From contig JAZNOU010000007.1 in NCBI GenBank assembly GCA_045589295.1, positions 1-64,000 on the forward strand: 64,000 bases of DNA, read 5' to 3'. This stretch comes from Clostridia bacterium (GTDB taxonomy: Bacteria; Bacillota; Clostridia; RGIG6154). A program made the translations under genes and the position numbers. Within the stretch, counting starts at the first letter, position 1, and every line of letters starts with the position of its first letter. Positions 18,705 through 28,037 of the stretch are shown piece after piece. The notes under the pieces were generated by a model that was not told the origin of the DNA, did not search any database, and saw nothing but the letters and a program-made list of their open reading frames with translations.

Positions 18705-18753
18705 TTGTTCCTCCTTTTAACTTACAGACAGTTAAATTCTTATTACAATATAT

Positions 18754-18782
18754 ATTATAGCACAAATTTTGGCTAATATCAA
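18754..18782 (-). promoter_or_regulatory. SigmaA promoter upstream of the Asp23 gene
   Basis: TTGATA-17 bp-TATAAT with TG extension. Confidence 0.7.
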
Positions 18783-19288
18783 TCACCCGATAAAATTTTT
18801 ATATTCTCTGCGCTTAAACCTGTAACACTTGATATAGTTTCTGTTATTTGCGCAATTTCTGTATTCATAAGATTTTTTATTCCCACAGAAACAGTTGCAG
18901 TGTTTTCAGAAATAGTAACAACCACATCCTTGAAGCCTTTTCTACTTAAAATTGTTTCACAATCAACCTCGTTTTTTATCATTTTTGCCAAAGATATTAA
19001 TTCCACCTCAGCCTTTACTCTTCCGTCTGTTGTAGTATTTGGATTATTTATTATTTCCTGCAACATTTCTTTGGTTTCATCTCTTGCTGTTTCCCTTGTT
19101 GCTTTTAATAGATTTTGTGAATCACTATCTTCAACTGTTACATTATTATTAACATAAGCAGCTTCGCCGAGAATTTTTGCTGTAGATGCATTATTCGAAT
19201 TATTGTATACCCAGTTAACAACGCCTGCTACTACAAGCACTAATGTCATAATAAGTGAAATAAACTTTTTGCTTGTTAACATTTTCAT
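18779..19288 (-). CDS. spoIIIAH: Stage III sporulation protein AH
   Basis: N-terminal TM, ETILSRKGFKDVVV; last gene of spoIIIA operon. Confidence 0.85.
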   Translation of the reverse strand: MKMLTSKKFISLIMTLVLVVAGVVNWVYNNSNNASTAKILGEAAYVNNNVTVEDSDSQNLLKATRETARDETKEMLQEIINNPNTTTDGRVKAEVELISLAKMIKNEVDCETILSRKGFKDVVVTISENTATVSVGIKNLMNTEIAQITETISSVTGLSAENIKILSGD

Positions 19289-19290
19289 AT

Positions 19291-19746
19291 TTATGCCCCT
19301 CCTGAAATTACAACACTTATTCTATGTAGCGGAACCCCTGTTGCCCCTTTTATAACATTACAAAGTTCACTCTCCTTCACTGCACTTCCTTTGATAACCA
19401 ATAAAATTCCGCCGATTTTAGGATTTACATTTCTGTACACAACAGGCTGTTTATCGTTAAGTTTTATTTTTAAATCATTTTTATTGTTGCTATTACTTAT
19501 TTCATATGCATAATCCGTACTCCCCTGATCCAAATACGTTATAAAAATATCAGCTTGCTCGACACCATCAATTTTTTCAATTATTTTTTTCAACTTGTTT
19601 TCATCAATTTTTTGAAAACTATTTATATTGTTTTCTTTTTTTCTCTCTCCTACATTTAAACCGGGCAACAGCATCATTAAAATGCCAGCAACCAAAACAA
19701 TTATTAGATATTTTTTACTAATGCTCTTTTCAAAAAATTTTTTCAA
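19291..19746 (-). CDS. spoIIIAG: Stage III sporulation protein AG (short)
   Basis: IEKIDGVEQADIFIT, PKIGGILLV, GVPLHRISV; synteny. Confidence 0.8.
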   Translation of the reverse strand: MKKFFEKSISKKYLIIVLVAGILMMLLPGLNVGERKKENNINSFQKIDENKLKKIIEKIDGVEQADIFITYLDQGSTDYAYEISNSNNKNDLKIKLNDKQPVVYRNVNPKIGGILLVIKGSAVKESELCNVIKGATGVPLHRISVVISGGA

Positions 19747-20189
19747 TTTGTTTTCACTTCCTGATTAATCACAATTTTATCGGTGCTTATTTCACAGAAA
19801 TCAGATATAATTTCACATATTTTCTCTATATTACCATTTGAAATAAGAAAAATTTGTTCAATAGAGGCATCTTTCAGAGTTATTTTAATATCCTTAACAC
19901 TGATATCATTATCATTTAAATGTTGTTTAATTTTATCTTCAAGTAGTGTCGCAGTTTGAGCTTCAATAGTATACCGTATTTTATCTTGGCTAAATGTCGG
20001 AATTTGTTGATCAAAGTTTAAAATTTCACTCGAAAGTTCGACATTAACTAATGAATTGATAAAAACAAGCACGAGAATTAACCCAAGTATATGTTTACTG
20101 TATTTCTCGTAGTTGCCACTTGGAAGTAACGCATATATAAGATTAACAATTACAACAGTTCCTGAAATTAAAATAATAATTTTATACAT
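19743..20189 (-). CDS. spoIIIAF: Stage III sporulation protein AF
   Basis: LLPSGNYEKY...GLILVL; synteny; start MYKII. Confidence 0.8.
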   Translation of the reverse strand: MYKIIILISGTVVIVNLIYALLPSGNYEKYSKHILGLILVLVFINSLVNVELSSEILNFDQQIPTFSQDKIRYTIEAQTATLLEDKIKQHLNDNDISVKDIKITLKDASIEQIFLISNGNIEKICEIISDFCEISTDKIVINQEVKTN

Positions 20190-20197
20190 TTCATACC

Positions 20198-21313
20198 TCA
20201 AGATGTAAGATTTGCACTGATAAGAATAACACCAATACAACCGATCAACAATAAACTTACCGACACCAAAATAGCAAAAATCATTGAAACACTATCGGCA
20301 ATATCTGTTGTGAGCGCAACAAGCCTTTTATCAGAAACAGGTTCTAAAATTGCCGCAGTTAACTTTAACACCCACATTGTAAGTGCCGTTTTTATCATTG
20401 GGTATACCCCCACAGCACAAATAGCAATAATGCCTACTACACCAGTTAAACTTTTAAGTACTCCGACTGTTCCCAAGATTACTTCAAGTGACTCAGAAAC
20501 TACGCCACCAACAATTGGCACACTGCTACCAACCGCAAACCGCACAGCTTTGCCAACTCTACTATCAAGCGCAGTTCCAGCTAAACCGTATACACCATAA
20601 ACCCCACTGTATACTGCCATACAAAACAAAATTACCCATTTAACAAATTGTTTAGAGAACTTTATAGCCGAAGAAATGTTTATCTGTTCTGACATTTTAT
20701 CTGCTATTGAAAGTGCTGTAGTTGAAATAACAACATTAATCAAAAATTCACCAATAACAATAGAAATAATATTAATTAACGTAATCAAAAGCGTCGACAT
20801 CAATGAAGCAGTAGTTACCCCACCACTAAACGACAAAAGCGCCAAGAGTGTTGGAATCATTGTTTTTATCATTGAAATAAGTGATTGAATAGTTTCTCTT
20901 ACCGGTGTAATTATTTCTAAAAAAACCGTAACAATAACACCGGCGTAAACACAATACCCAACTAAAAAACCGATTTTTGAACTACCCTTGCCAAAAGAAT
21001 CTCCTAACGAATGCATTACACTAATTATGTATCCAAGTGAAATCAATAAAATGAATATTTTTGACAAAGTTTTAATGTTTTTTAAAAAAATTTCAACGAT
21101 AAAGTCCATAATCTTTGTGGGTTCAAATGCCTTACCAGTTGATAACATTTTTACAATTTCAGCCCCGTCAAACCACGTTGCATTTTCCTTAATATCCCCA
21201 AACATTTCCTCAATACCCATTTCATTGTACTGCTTTAAAATATCTTCCTGAGATTTTGCAGTCACTCCAGTAATCAACAATATACACAAAGTGAAAAAAA
21301 GTATTTTTTTCAT
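20198..21313 (-). CDS. spoIIIAE: Stage III sporulation protein AE
   Basis: SVPIVGG and AAILEPVSD motifs; multi-TM. Confidence 0.9.
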   Translation of the reverse strand: MKKILFFTLCILLITGVTAKSQEDILKQYNEMGIEEMFGDIKENATWFDGAEIVKMLSTGKAFEPTKIMDFIVEIFLKNIKTLSKIFILLISLGYIISVMHSLGDSFGKGSSKIGFLVGYCVYAGVIVTVFLEIITPVRETIQSLISMIKTMIPTLLALLSFSGGVTTASLMSTLLITLINIISIVIGEFLINVVISTTALSIADKMSEQINISSAIKFSKQFVKWVILFCMAVYSGVYGVYGLAGTALDSRVGKAVRFAVGSSVPIVGGVVSESLEVILGTVGVLKSLTGVVGIIAICAVGVYPMIKTALTMWVLKLTAAILEPVSDKRLVALTTDIADSVSMIFAILVSVSLLLIGCIGVILISANLTS

Positions 21314-21322
21314 TGGTAACTC

Positions 21323-21709
21323 CTAAGCAGCAATTTTTACAATTATGTTTATCAACTCTTCAAATATTGGCATAGATGACAACAATATGACTAGTTTTCC
21401 CGCAAGATCTACTTTCAAAGCAATAGAGCTTTCACCAGAATCCCGACAAACAGCTGACACAAATTCACTTATGTAAGTAACACCAATAACCTTGAACATT
21501 ACTTCAACATATATAATGTTTATTCCAACATAATTACACATATTACGTACATAATCAAAAATTTTTGCAATACTTGAATTGATATATAAGAAAAAAGCAA
21601 TTCCAAACAGGGTTGCAACAATCGTTGCAAACACACCTTTATATTCTTTTAGAATTTGTATAATCACAACTGCAGAAATTGCCAATCCGAATATTTTTAG
21701 TATTTCCAT
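21323..21709 (-). CDS. spoIIIAD: Stage III sporulation protein AD
   Basis: KVIGVTYISEF...CRDSGESSIALKVDLAGK. Confidence 0.92.
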   Translation of the reverse strand: MEILKIFGLAISAVVIIQILKEYKGVFATIVATLFGIAFFLYINSSIAKIFDYVRNMCNYVGINIIYVEVMFKVIGVTYISEFVSAVCRDSGESSIALKVDLAGKLVILLSSMPIFEELINIIVKIAA

Positions 21710-21711
21710 AT

Positions 21712-21906
21712 TTAAAATCCAAAAGTATCTTTTACAACATCAAAAAGGTTTCTAATCTCACCTATCATTGCAAGCAAAGCAACGATTAATCCTGCAAGTG
21801 TAACTAACATTGCCTGTTCATCACGCCCGGATTTTGACAAGAGCTGATTGAGCACTGCTACCAAAATCCCAACAGCGGCAATTTTAAAAATTAAATCAAC
21901 GTCCAT
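21712..21906 (-). CDS. spoIIIAC: Stage III sporulation protein AC
   Basis: MDVDLIFKIAAVGILVAVLNQLL...GRDEQA. Confidence 0.95.
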   Translation of the reverse strand: MDVDLIFKIAAVGILVAVLNQLLSKSGRDEQAMLVTLAGLIVALLAMIGEIRNLFDVVKDTFGF

Positions 21907-21926
21907 TTGTTTCTCCTATTGTATAT

Positions 21927-22430
21927 TTATAATAATATTATCGATACTGCAACACCCATAACAAAACCTATTTTTTTGCACATTGCACCTTCTTTTTCAC
22001 AAAAAGCTTTTTGATTATTATAATTAGTCTTTAACTTATTAATCGCTGAATTCAAAAGATTGATTTGATTTTCTGTATCGCCCATTCCAAGTTGTAAAAC
22101 AATGTCATGTATCACAGAATATACTTGATTATTACTGCTAGCTTTTAGTGGAAATTTACTTTTTACAAAAGCTTCTTCTAGCGTAATGCCATCTACACTT
22201 ATTAGTTCTCCTAATTCTTTAAAGAAATTCCCTGCCGAACCCGAAAACACGGCCGCATCAATAAATGTTTGGAATAATAATGGTTGAGTGAATGAAATTT
22301 CATTTTTAATGTATTCTAAACCATCTATAAGACATTGTGTAAATTTTAACTTTGATATACACTTTTTGTAAAAATTCACTCCTAATAATCCACACGAAAC
22401 TATTATCAAAACTGCACCTATTATTTTCAT
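21927..22430 (-). CDS. spoIIIAB: Stage III sporulation protein AB
   Basis: MKIIGAVLI, LGMGDTENQ; synteny. Confidence 0.85.
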   Translation of the reverse strand: MKIIGAVLIIVSCGLLGVNFYKKCISKLKFTQCLIDGLEYIKNEISFTQPLLFQTFIDAAVFSGSAGNFFKELGELISVDGITLEEAFVKSKFPLKASSNNQVYSVIHDIVLQLGMGDTENQINLLNSAINKLKTNYNNQKAFCEKEGAMCKKIGFVMGVAVSIILL

Positions 22431-22439
22431 AATACTCTC

Positions 22440-23315
22440 CTATTCAAAACAAATTTGTCGGTAATTCATTTTATCTTTTTTTATATAGATAAAGTTATCG
22501 AAAATATCATTATATATTCCGTGATATTTATTTATAAAATCAAGTTTTGAGTTGCCGTGAAAAGTTGCTAAAATTTTTACGCCTGAGTTTACTGCTTTAT
22601 ATACCGCTTCAAAATCTTCCACAGTTGCAATTTCGTCTGTTGCAATTACTTGTGGACTCATACTTCTTAAAACCATATTTATACCAATACTTTTAGGCAA
22701 ATCAGATAGCACATCAGTATTTTCCCCGAGATCAAACACTGAGCTTCCATTAATCATTGGTACAAGTTCACATCTTTCATCCACAACCGAAACATTCATA
22801 CCACTATTAGATACAAGTCTTATCATATCTCGAAGCAACGTTGTTTTGCCATAACCAGGCGGTGACACTATTAGAACATTTTTAGCTTCTGTGTATATTT
22901 TATTAAACACTTCTTGTCCGCAACCTTTAATTTCTTTGGTAATCCTTATATTGATACTTGATATATCTTTTATAAATTCAACTTTCTCATTATTTACAAC
23001 ACATTTACCACAAATTCCAACCCTACAACCATTTTTTAGTGTAACAAATCCCTTCTTTACTTCATTTTTAACAGCATATACAGAGTTTTGTGTGATAAGT
23101 CCAACAATTTCTTTTAGTTGATTCTGGGTTGTTTTAATGCCCGTTTTTTCATTCTCGCTTAAGTTACCATGCAAATCAACATAAAACCTTGTGTTGCCAA
23201 TGATAAATGTGATATTTTTTTCACAGCGCACTCTGATTTCCTCAATATTTTCATATTTTTCTATTGCTTGTTTGATAGCTTTTCGTATTTCAACCGGAAA
23301 ATAATTGTGCAGCAT
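22440..23315 (-). CDS. spoIIIAA: Stage III sporulation protein AA (ATPase)
   Basis: EEIRVR, SPPGYGKTTLLRD, VVDER, RSMSPQVIATDEI. Confidence 0.95.
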   Translation of the reverse strand: MLHNYFPVEIRKAIKQAIEKYENIEEIRVRCEKNITFIIGNTRFYVDLHGNLSENEKTGIKTTQNQLKEIVGLITQNSVYAVKNEVKKGFVTLKNGCRVGICGKCVVNNEKVEFIKDISSINIRITKEIKGCGQEVFNKIYTEAKNVLIVSPPGYGKTTLLRDMIRLVSNSGMNVSVVDERCELVPMINGSSVFDLGENTDVLSDLPKSIGINMVLRSMSPQVIATDEIATVEDFEAVYKAVNSGVKILATFHGNSKLDFINKYHGIYNDIFDNFIYIKKDKMNYRQICFE

Positions 23316-23342
23316 TTCTACCTCCACTATAAAGCATATTAC

Positions 23343-23370
23343 AGTATATGCAGCTTGTACAATAATAGAA
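23343..23370 (-). promoter_or_regulatory. SigmaE-like promoter of spoIIIA
   Basis: TTCTATT...CATATACT; spoIIIA is sigmaE-controlled in studied spore formers. Confidence 0.55.
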
Positions 23371-23371
23371 C

Positions 23372-23401
23372 AAAATAGTCAGCCCAAACCAGACTGACTA
23401 T
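23372..23401 (-). terminator. Intrinsic terminator after the DUF4363 gene
   Basis: Minus strand atagtcagtct...gggctgactat-tttg. Confidence 0.6.
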
Positions 23402-23778
23402 AATACATTTTCAATTGTTGGCACTACACTTTTTACTGAATAATTTAAAAGAAATCTAAAATTATAAAGTTGATTTAAAAGTTCTTCCTTGTTAAAAAAA
23501 TCACTGTATATCTTCATACTTTCCACACAACGTGACATTGTCAAAATTTCTTCGTGATCCTCAAATGCCATTATCCAGTTTTGCATTTCCGAAAAACTTT
23601 CACTTAATTTGTTTATCCCATCTTTAGTCTTTTCTTTATCTTCAGCAAAAATATTCTTTTCAATTTCTTGCGTCAAAGTGATTATATCATCACTTTTTGC
23701 TGTTAGATTCATCTGATACAAAATTATTCCAGATAAAATCAAAACAAAAAAACAGCCAGAAAAAACAAAACTTTTCAT
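23398..23778 (-). CDS. DUF4363-like protein
   Basis: N-terminal TM, DHEEI motif, C-terminal PTIENVL; paired with DUF421. Confidence 0.7.
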   Translation of the reverse strand: MKSFVFSGCFFVLILSGIILYQMNLTAKSDDIITLTQEIEKNIFAEDKEKTKDGINKLSESFSEMQNWIMAFEDHEEILTMSRCVESMKIYSDFFNKEELLNQLYNFRFLLNYSVKSVVPTIENVL

Positions 23779-23780
23779 CT

Positions 23781-24446
23781 TTACTCCTTATTTTGTAAAA
23801 AATATGTTTCACCATCTGATGACATAAGGAAAACATCTTTTATGGTTGTTTTTTCTTTATTTATTATTTTATCAATCCAACTGATGTCTTTTCCAATTTC
23901 TTTTAGGTTGTTTTGCTCTATTTTTCCATCTTTAATAATGTTTTTATGCAGCGTTGCTTTCTTAGGTGAAATATTAATATCATCAGCACACAACGGACGT
24001 ACATTTGATTTTGGTATTATACTAATTTCACCATTTGTTTCTAAAATAGCATACTCAATTTCCGCAACACTAGAGTATCCATTCATTCTCAATTCTTCCG
24101 AAAGGTCATCAATATTTACCCTCAATCGTTTTAATTCTTTAATGTCAATTTTCCCCTTGCTTATTATCAAACTTGCGGAGCCTGTTAAAATTTTTCTAAA
24201 TTTCTCACTTTTTTGTGATAAATATGACAAGGTTATTTCTGCAAACATTAAAGTAACAATGGGGATTATCCCGCTTAGTAATGGTTTACCTGTGGATTCC
24301 ATAGGAACTGTTGCAATATCTGAAACCATAATAGCAAGTATAAGTTCACTTGGCTGAAGCTGACCAATTTGCCTTTTCCCCATACAACGAAAAACTATTA
24401 TTATAGAAAAATATAATATCAAAGTCCTAATTAAAGAAATAAACAT
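23781..24446 (-). CDS. DUF421/YetF family membrane protein
   Basis: MGKRQIGQLQP, EYAILETNGEISI. Confidence 0.9.
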   Translation of the reverse strand: MFISLIRTLILYFSIIIVFRCMGKRQIGQLQPSELILAIMVSDIATVPMESTGKPLLSGIIPIVTLMFAEITLSYLSQKSEKFRKILTGSASLIISKGKIDIKELKRLRVNIDDLSEELRMNGYSSVAEIEYAILETNGEISIIPKSNVRPLCADDINISPKKATLHKNIIKDGKIEQNNLKEIGKDISWIDKIINKEKTTIKDVFLMSSDGETYFLQNKE

Positions 24447-24465
24447 TCTCTCACCTTTTTGATAT

Positions 24466-24495
24466 TAGTTTTCTCAAATGGGTATTTTTTTATTC
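24466..24495 (-). promoter_or_regulatory. SigmaF/G-like forespore promoter
   Basis: GAATA-15 bp-GAGAAAACTA. Confidence 0.5.
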
Positions 24496-25176
24496 CTAAA
24501 AACGCGTTCTTAATTTTCTTAGCGCTTTCTTTTCTATTCTTGAAACATACGACCTTGATATTCCAAGCATATCTGCAATTTCACGCTGTGTTTTTTCAGG
24601 CGTATTGTTAATTCCATATCTATACTTAATAACCACCTTTTCTCTTTCATCCAACAATTCTTCAATTGCAGTAAACATTTTATTAATTTGTGCATTAATT
24701 TCAACTGATTCAATCACGTCATCATCTTCATTTGCAACAATATCCAAAAAACTTATCGCATTTCCTTCTTTGTCAATTCCAATTGGTTCCTCAAGTGAAA
24801 TTTCATTAGCAAGTTTTTTCCCATTTCTTATAACCATCAATATTTCGTTTTCAATACATCTGGAAGCATATGTCGCCAAGCGTATTCCTTTTTCTGAATC
24901 AAAGGTGTTAATCGCTTTTATCAGTCCTATGGTTCCGATAGAAATTAAATCATCGGCATCACAGTTTTGTGCAGAGTACTTTTTAGCAATATAAGCCACC
25001 AAACGCAAATTTTTTTCAATTAATAAGTTGCGAGCGGAAACATCACCGCCTTTATACTTTTCCAGCGCTGTTTTTTCTTCCCTTGCAGAAAGCGGTTTAG
25101 GAAAAGAATTTGAGGTGGAAATATAAGAAAGTAAAAAAAACACCTGACTCAACGCAGAACCAAAAAATAAAATCAC
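24496..25176 (-). CDS. sigK: Sporulation sigma factor pro-SigK, uninterrupted
   Basis: Hydrophobic pro-sequence then SYIS..SFPKPLS; DDLISIGTIGLIK; TQREIA..LGISRSYVSRIEK. Confidence 0.93.
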   Translation of the reverse strand: MILFFGSALSQVFFLLSYISTSNSFPKPLSAREEKTALEKYKGGDVSARNLLIEKNLRLVAYIAKKYSAQNCDADDLISIGTIGLIKAINTFDSEKGIRLATYASRCIENEILMVIRNGKKLANEISLEEPIGIDKEGNAISFLDIVANEDDDVIESVEINAQINKMFTAIEELLDEREKVVIKYRYGINNTPEKTQREIADMLGISRSYVSRIEKKALRKLRTRF

Positions 25177-25230
25177 AATACCACTCCTTTGATAGAGTAT
25201 ATGTAAAAATACTTTTTGCTTGCAAGTCCT

Positions 25231-25264
25231 AAAAAAATAACCTAAGATTAGCTCTTAGGTTATT
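25231..25264 (-). terminator. Intrinsic terminator insulating sigK
   Basis: aataacctaaga-ttagc-tcttaggttatt with T-run on minus strand. Confidence 0.8.
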
Positions 25265-25574
25265 ACCATTGAAACTTTTTTAAATCAACATAGAAGTCGC
25301 CTGAAACGTCTACACCTTCTTCTACTAACAGTTCTTTTTGCCTGGATATTCCACCAAATGCAAAAGAATCGGCCAGCCTGCCAAACCTGTCAACTACTCT
25401 ATGGCATGGAATAACGCCCGGCATTGGATTGAAATGAAGTGCATACCCTACCGCTCTTGCCGCTCTGGGTGAGCCGCACATTGAAGCAACTTGACCATAG
25501 GTTGCAACTTTACCACGCGGTATTTTTATAACTGAATCATATACTAAATTGTAAAAGCTAATATATATCACCAA
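25263..25574 (-). CDS. MGMT/Ogt-family DNA alkyl repair protein, single domain; start may be ATT at 25562
   Basis: IPRGKVATYGQVA, AARAVG, PCHRV active site. Confidence 0.9.
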   Translation of the reverse strand: MVIYISFYNLVYDSVIKIPRGKVATYGQVASMCGSPRAARAVGYALHFNPMPGVIPCHRVVDRFGRLADSFAFGGISRQKELLVEEGVDVSGDFYVDLKKFQW

Positions 25575-25580
25575 CCCATA

Positions 25581-25615
25581 AAAAAACTTTCCTTAGTATA
25601 ACCAGGAAAGTTTTT
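25581..25615. terminator. Intrinsic terminator after the S1-domain gene
   Basis: aaaaactttcct-10 nt-aggaaagttttt. Confidence 0.8.
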
Positions 25616-25619
25616 ATTA

Positions 25620-26045
25620 TTAATAGCTCTGTCTGCGTCCGCCATAACTACCACGTTTTGATTCAAAATTTCTCTTCAAAGTCTGCAATCTTTCATCGCT
25701 GTCAGACTTGAAACGACTAATTTTATCCTCAAATGACAAATCGACAGATGTAGGTTTTGTAAACACTGCAACATCAGCAGGTCTTGAAGCTTTAAGTGCA
25801 CGTTCTTCCTCTTGGACTTTTTTTATTGAAAGACTAATTTTACCATTCGGTGCAACAGAAACGACCTTAACCCTAACACTATCATTAACTTTAAGGTGAT
25901 TGTTAATATCTTTAACATAATCAAGTGCTACTTCGGAAATATGTACCAGGCCGGTTATTTTGGTTCCATCAATTTGCACAAAAGCACCAAAATTAGTTAT
26001 TCCAGTGACTTTTCCTTTTAAAACACTACCTACTTCAAGCTGCAT
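25620..26045 (-). CDS. S1 RNA-binding domain protein (YabR-like)
   Basis: GKVTGITNFGAFV, GLVHISEVA, SFEDKISRFKSDS. Confidence 0.9.
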   Translation of the reverse strand: MQLEVGSVLKGKVTGITNFGAFVQIDGTKITGLVHISEVALDYVKDINNHLKVNDSVRVKVVSVAPNGKISLSIKKVQEEERALKASRPADVAVFTKPTSVDLSFEDKISRFKSDSDERLQTLKRNFESKRGSYGGRRQSY

Positions 26046-26087
26046 AAAATAAAATTCCTCCTTGGTTACACCTTAAGTACATTGTTG

Positions 26088-26378
26088 TTATCTTGATGAA
26101 TCAACAAACAAACGTTCGTTCTTTTTTAAAAAGCCAAGCTTATCTCTTGCAATCTTTTCGATACGTTTAAGTTCATTTTCAGACTGCATTTCATCACTAA
26201 TCTCTTTTTTTAGTTTTTCTTGAGCTTGGATTTGAGTTTTTATAGTTTTTTCTTTGTCTGATAACTGATTAATTGTAATTTGCTGTTGAACAAAAGTAAT
26301 ACAAAAATAAACTAAAACTACTAAAGGAATAACCAAAACAATTAAATTCTTTTTTGCGGTCTTTGTTTTTTTAGACAC
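26088..26378 (-). CDS. divIC: Septum formation initiator DivIC/FtsB
   Basis: TM plus coiled coil plus IEKIARDKLG; yabQ-divIC-yabR synteny. Confidence 0.85.
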   Translation of the reverse strand: MSKKTKTAKKNLIVLVIPLVVLVYFCITFVQQQITINQLSDKEKTIKTQIQAQEKLKKEISDEMQSENELKRIEKIARDKLGFLKKNERLFVDSSR

Positions 26379-26899
26379 GGCTTACGCTCCTTGCAAATTT
26401 TCACGTCATTAAACAACTTTAAAACACTACACTTTATTTTAAAACAAAAATTATTAATTGTCAATGAAATTTTGCATTTTTTTCGCAAAACTTTATCTTT
26501 AATTGTTATTACAGGTTTAAGCAATATTTTCACCAATTTGATAATTGGTGAAAATATAATTTTAATAATAGCTTTGGTTATCCCACAAACAACGGATTTA
26601 ACTTTAACAATTGTTAAAAAAAACTTTTTGCCAACAATAATTTGATAAAAATAAAACCCTCCAAATGCTGCCAAAGGCATGTATACCCTTAGTTGTGCAT
26701 CATTTATATAGAGAATTATTTTAAATGATATAACGGTAATTATGAGATAAAATATCACATCTTCAACAATAATTTCAAATAGACTTACAGTTTTTTTATA
26801 CCTAATTGCCCTAAAAAAATCAAATATTATTCCTGATATCACACCAATTAAAGTACAAAATAAAAAAACCTTACTTTCAGTAATAAAAGTAGTATTCAT
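26342..26899 (-). CDS. yabQ: Spore cortex biosynthesis protein YabQ
   Basis: GIIFDFFRAIR, EDVIF; synteny. Confidence 0.85.
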   Translation of the reverse strand: MNTTFITESKVFLFCTLIGVISGIIFDFFRAIRYKKTVSLFEIIVEDVIFYLIITVISFKIILYINDAQLRVYMPLAAFGGFYFYQIIVGKKFFLTIVKVKSVVCGITKAIIKIIFSPIIKLVKILLKPVITIKDKVLRKKCKISLTINNFCFKIKCSVLKLFNDVKICKERKPCLKKQRPQKRI

Positions 26900-26916
26900 T
26901 TTTTACACAAGCCCCA

Positions 26917-27207
26917 TTATCTGAACAATCTCGCAAAAAAACCTTGTTTGGAAACAGATGAATCTTCACCAGCATAAATCACTGAATCAATTTCACCCTC
27001 AACAGTCATTTCTCCTGTTTCAAGTGATAATTTGTTAATATGCAGATTATTTCCTTCAATAGTTAACTCGCCTAATTGTGTTGTTAAGAAAATATTTTCC
27101 TCATCAAAATTTTGTACATCTTCAACACCTGTAATACTTAAAAAATTTCGACTTTCTAAAACGATGTTATGAACAACTTCATCATTTGAAATTCTTTTTT
27201 CTTCCAT
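26917..27207 (-). CDS. yabP: Sporulation protein YabP
   Basis: LSITGVEDVQNFDE...LHINKLSLETG. Confidence 0.93.
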   Translation of the reverse strand: MEEKRISNDEVVHNIVLESRNFLSITGVEDVQNFDEENIFLTTQLGELTIEGNNLHINKLSLETGEMTVEGEIDSVIYAGEDSSVSKQGFFARLFR

Positions 27208-27265
27208 TAAAAATCCCCCTTCTGCTTTTTAATAATTTTATTTTGCAAATGGGAGATTTATAACT

Positions 27266-27511
27266 CTATTCAATTTGTTTATACATTAAAGGAGCGTCAT
27301 CTTTTGTTATATGTTTATCATCAACCTTTAATATTTCAACTTTCAAAACCTTTTCACCAAGGGAAATTGATAAAACATCCCCAACTTTTACCTCGGCAGA
27401 AGCTTTTGCAACTTTGCCATTAATCATTACCCTTCCCTTATCACAAGCTTCGTTAGCAATAGTTCTGCGTTTTATTAAGCGTGAAATTTTTAAAAATTTA
27501 TCTATTCTCAT
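27266..27511 (-). CDS. yabO: S4-domain RNA-binding protein YabO/RqcP
   Basis: MRIDKFLKISRLIKRRTIANEAC. Confidence 0.93.
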   Translation of the reverse strand: MRIDKFLKISRLIKRRTIANEACDKGRVMINGKVAKASAEVKVGDVLSISLGEKVLKVEILKVDDKHITKDDAPLMYKQIE

Positions 27512-27530
27512 AACTCCTCCGAAACATACA

Positions 27531-27562
27531 AAAAAGACAGTTCGTCACCGAACTGTCTTTTT
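27531..27562. terminator. Intrinsic terminator after hup
   Basis: aaaaagacagttcg-tcac-cgaactgtcttttt. Confidence 0.88.
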
Positions 27563-27568
27563 GGGTAA

Positions 27569-27841
27569 TTATTTTATAGCATCTTTAAATGCTTTACCAG
27601 CTTTGAAAGCCGGAGCTTTTGAAGCAGGGATTGTAATTTCCTGTTTTGTACGAGGATTTCTACCCTTTCTAGCAGCTCTTGTCTTAACTTCAAATGTACC
27701 AAAGCCAACCAACTGTACTTTGTCATTTTTTGCTAATGCACCTTCAACACTTTCGATGAAAGCAGCCAATGCTTTTTCAGCGTCCTTTTTAGAAAGTTCA
27801 GCTTTTTCAGCAATAGCGGCAATAAGTTCTGTCTTATTCAT
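27569..27841 (-). CDS. hup: DNA-binding protein HU
   Basis: MNKTELI...GFGTFEV...RKGRNPRT...PAFKAGK. Confidence 0.97.
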   Translation of the reverse strand: MNKTELIAAIAEKAELSKKDAEKALAAFIESVEGALAKNDKVQLVGFGTFEVKTRAARKGRNPRTKQEITIPASKAPAFKAGKAFKDAIK

Positions 27842-27924
27842 CAACAAACACCTCCTATTTTTTTATTTTAACAAATTGGAATATATAAAAGGCAAACGCC
27901 ATTTTACCAACAAATTATAACCCT

Positions 27925-27953
27925 ATTATAAACAATTTTTCTGCAATATTCAA
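27925..27953 (-). promoter_or_regulatory. SigmaA promoter of hup with A-rich upstream tract
   Basis: TTGAAT-17 bp-TATAAT. Confidence 0.7.
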
Positions 27954-28037
27954 GGGTTTTTTGAAAAATTTCTATTTTTTTTTATTTTTTTCCTTTTAAT
28001 GTCTTTAAATTTCGCATAAATATGGTATAAAATACCA

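Noticed and set aside
24496-25176. skin-type excisable element in sigK
   Set aside because: The ORF is continuous and no recombinase is nearby
27848-28037. Longest AT-rich intergenic gap as ncRNA or origin
   Set aside because: Explained by the hup promoter and A-tract; no DnaA-box cluster or structured RNA seen
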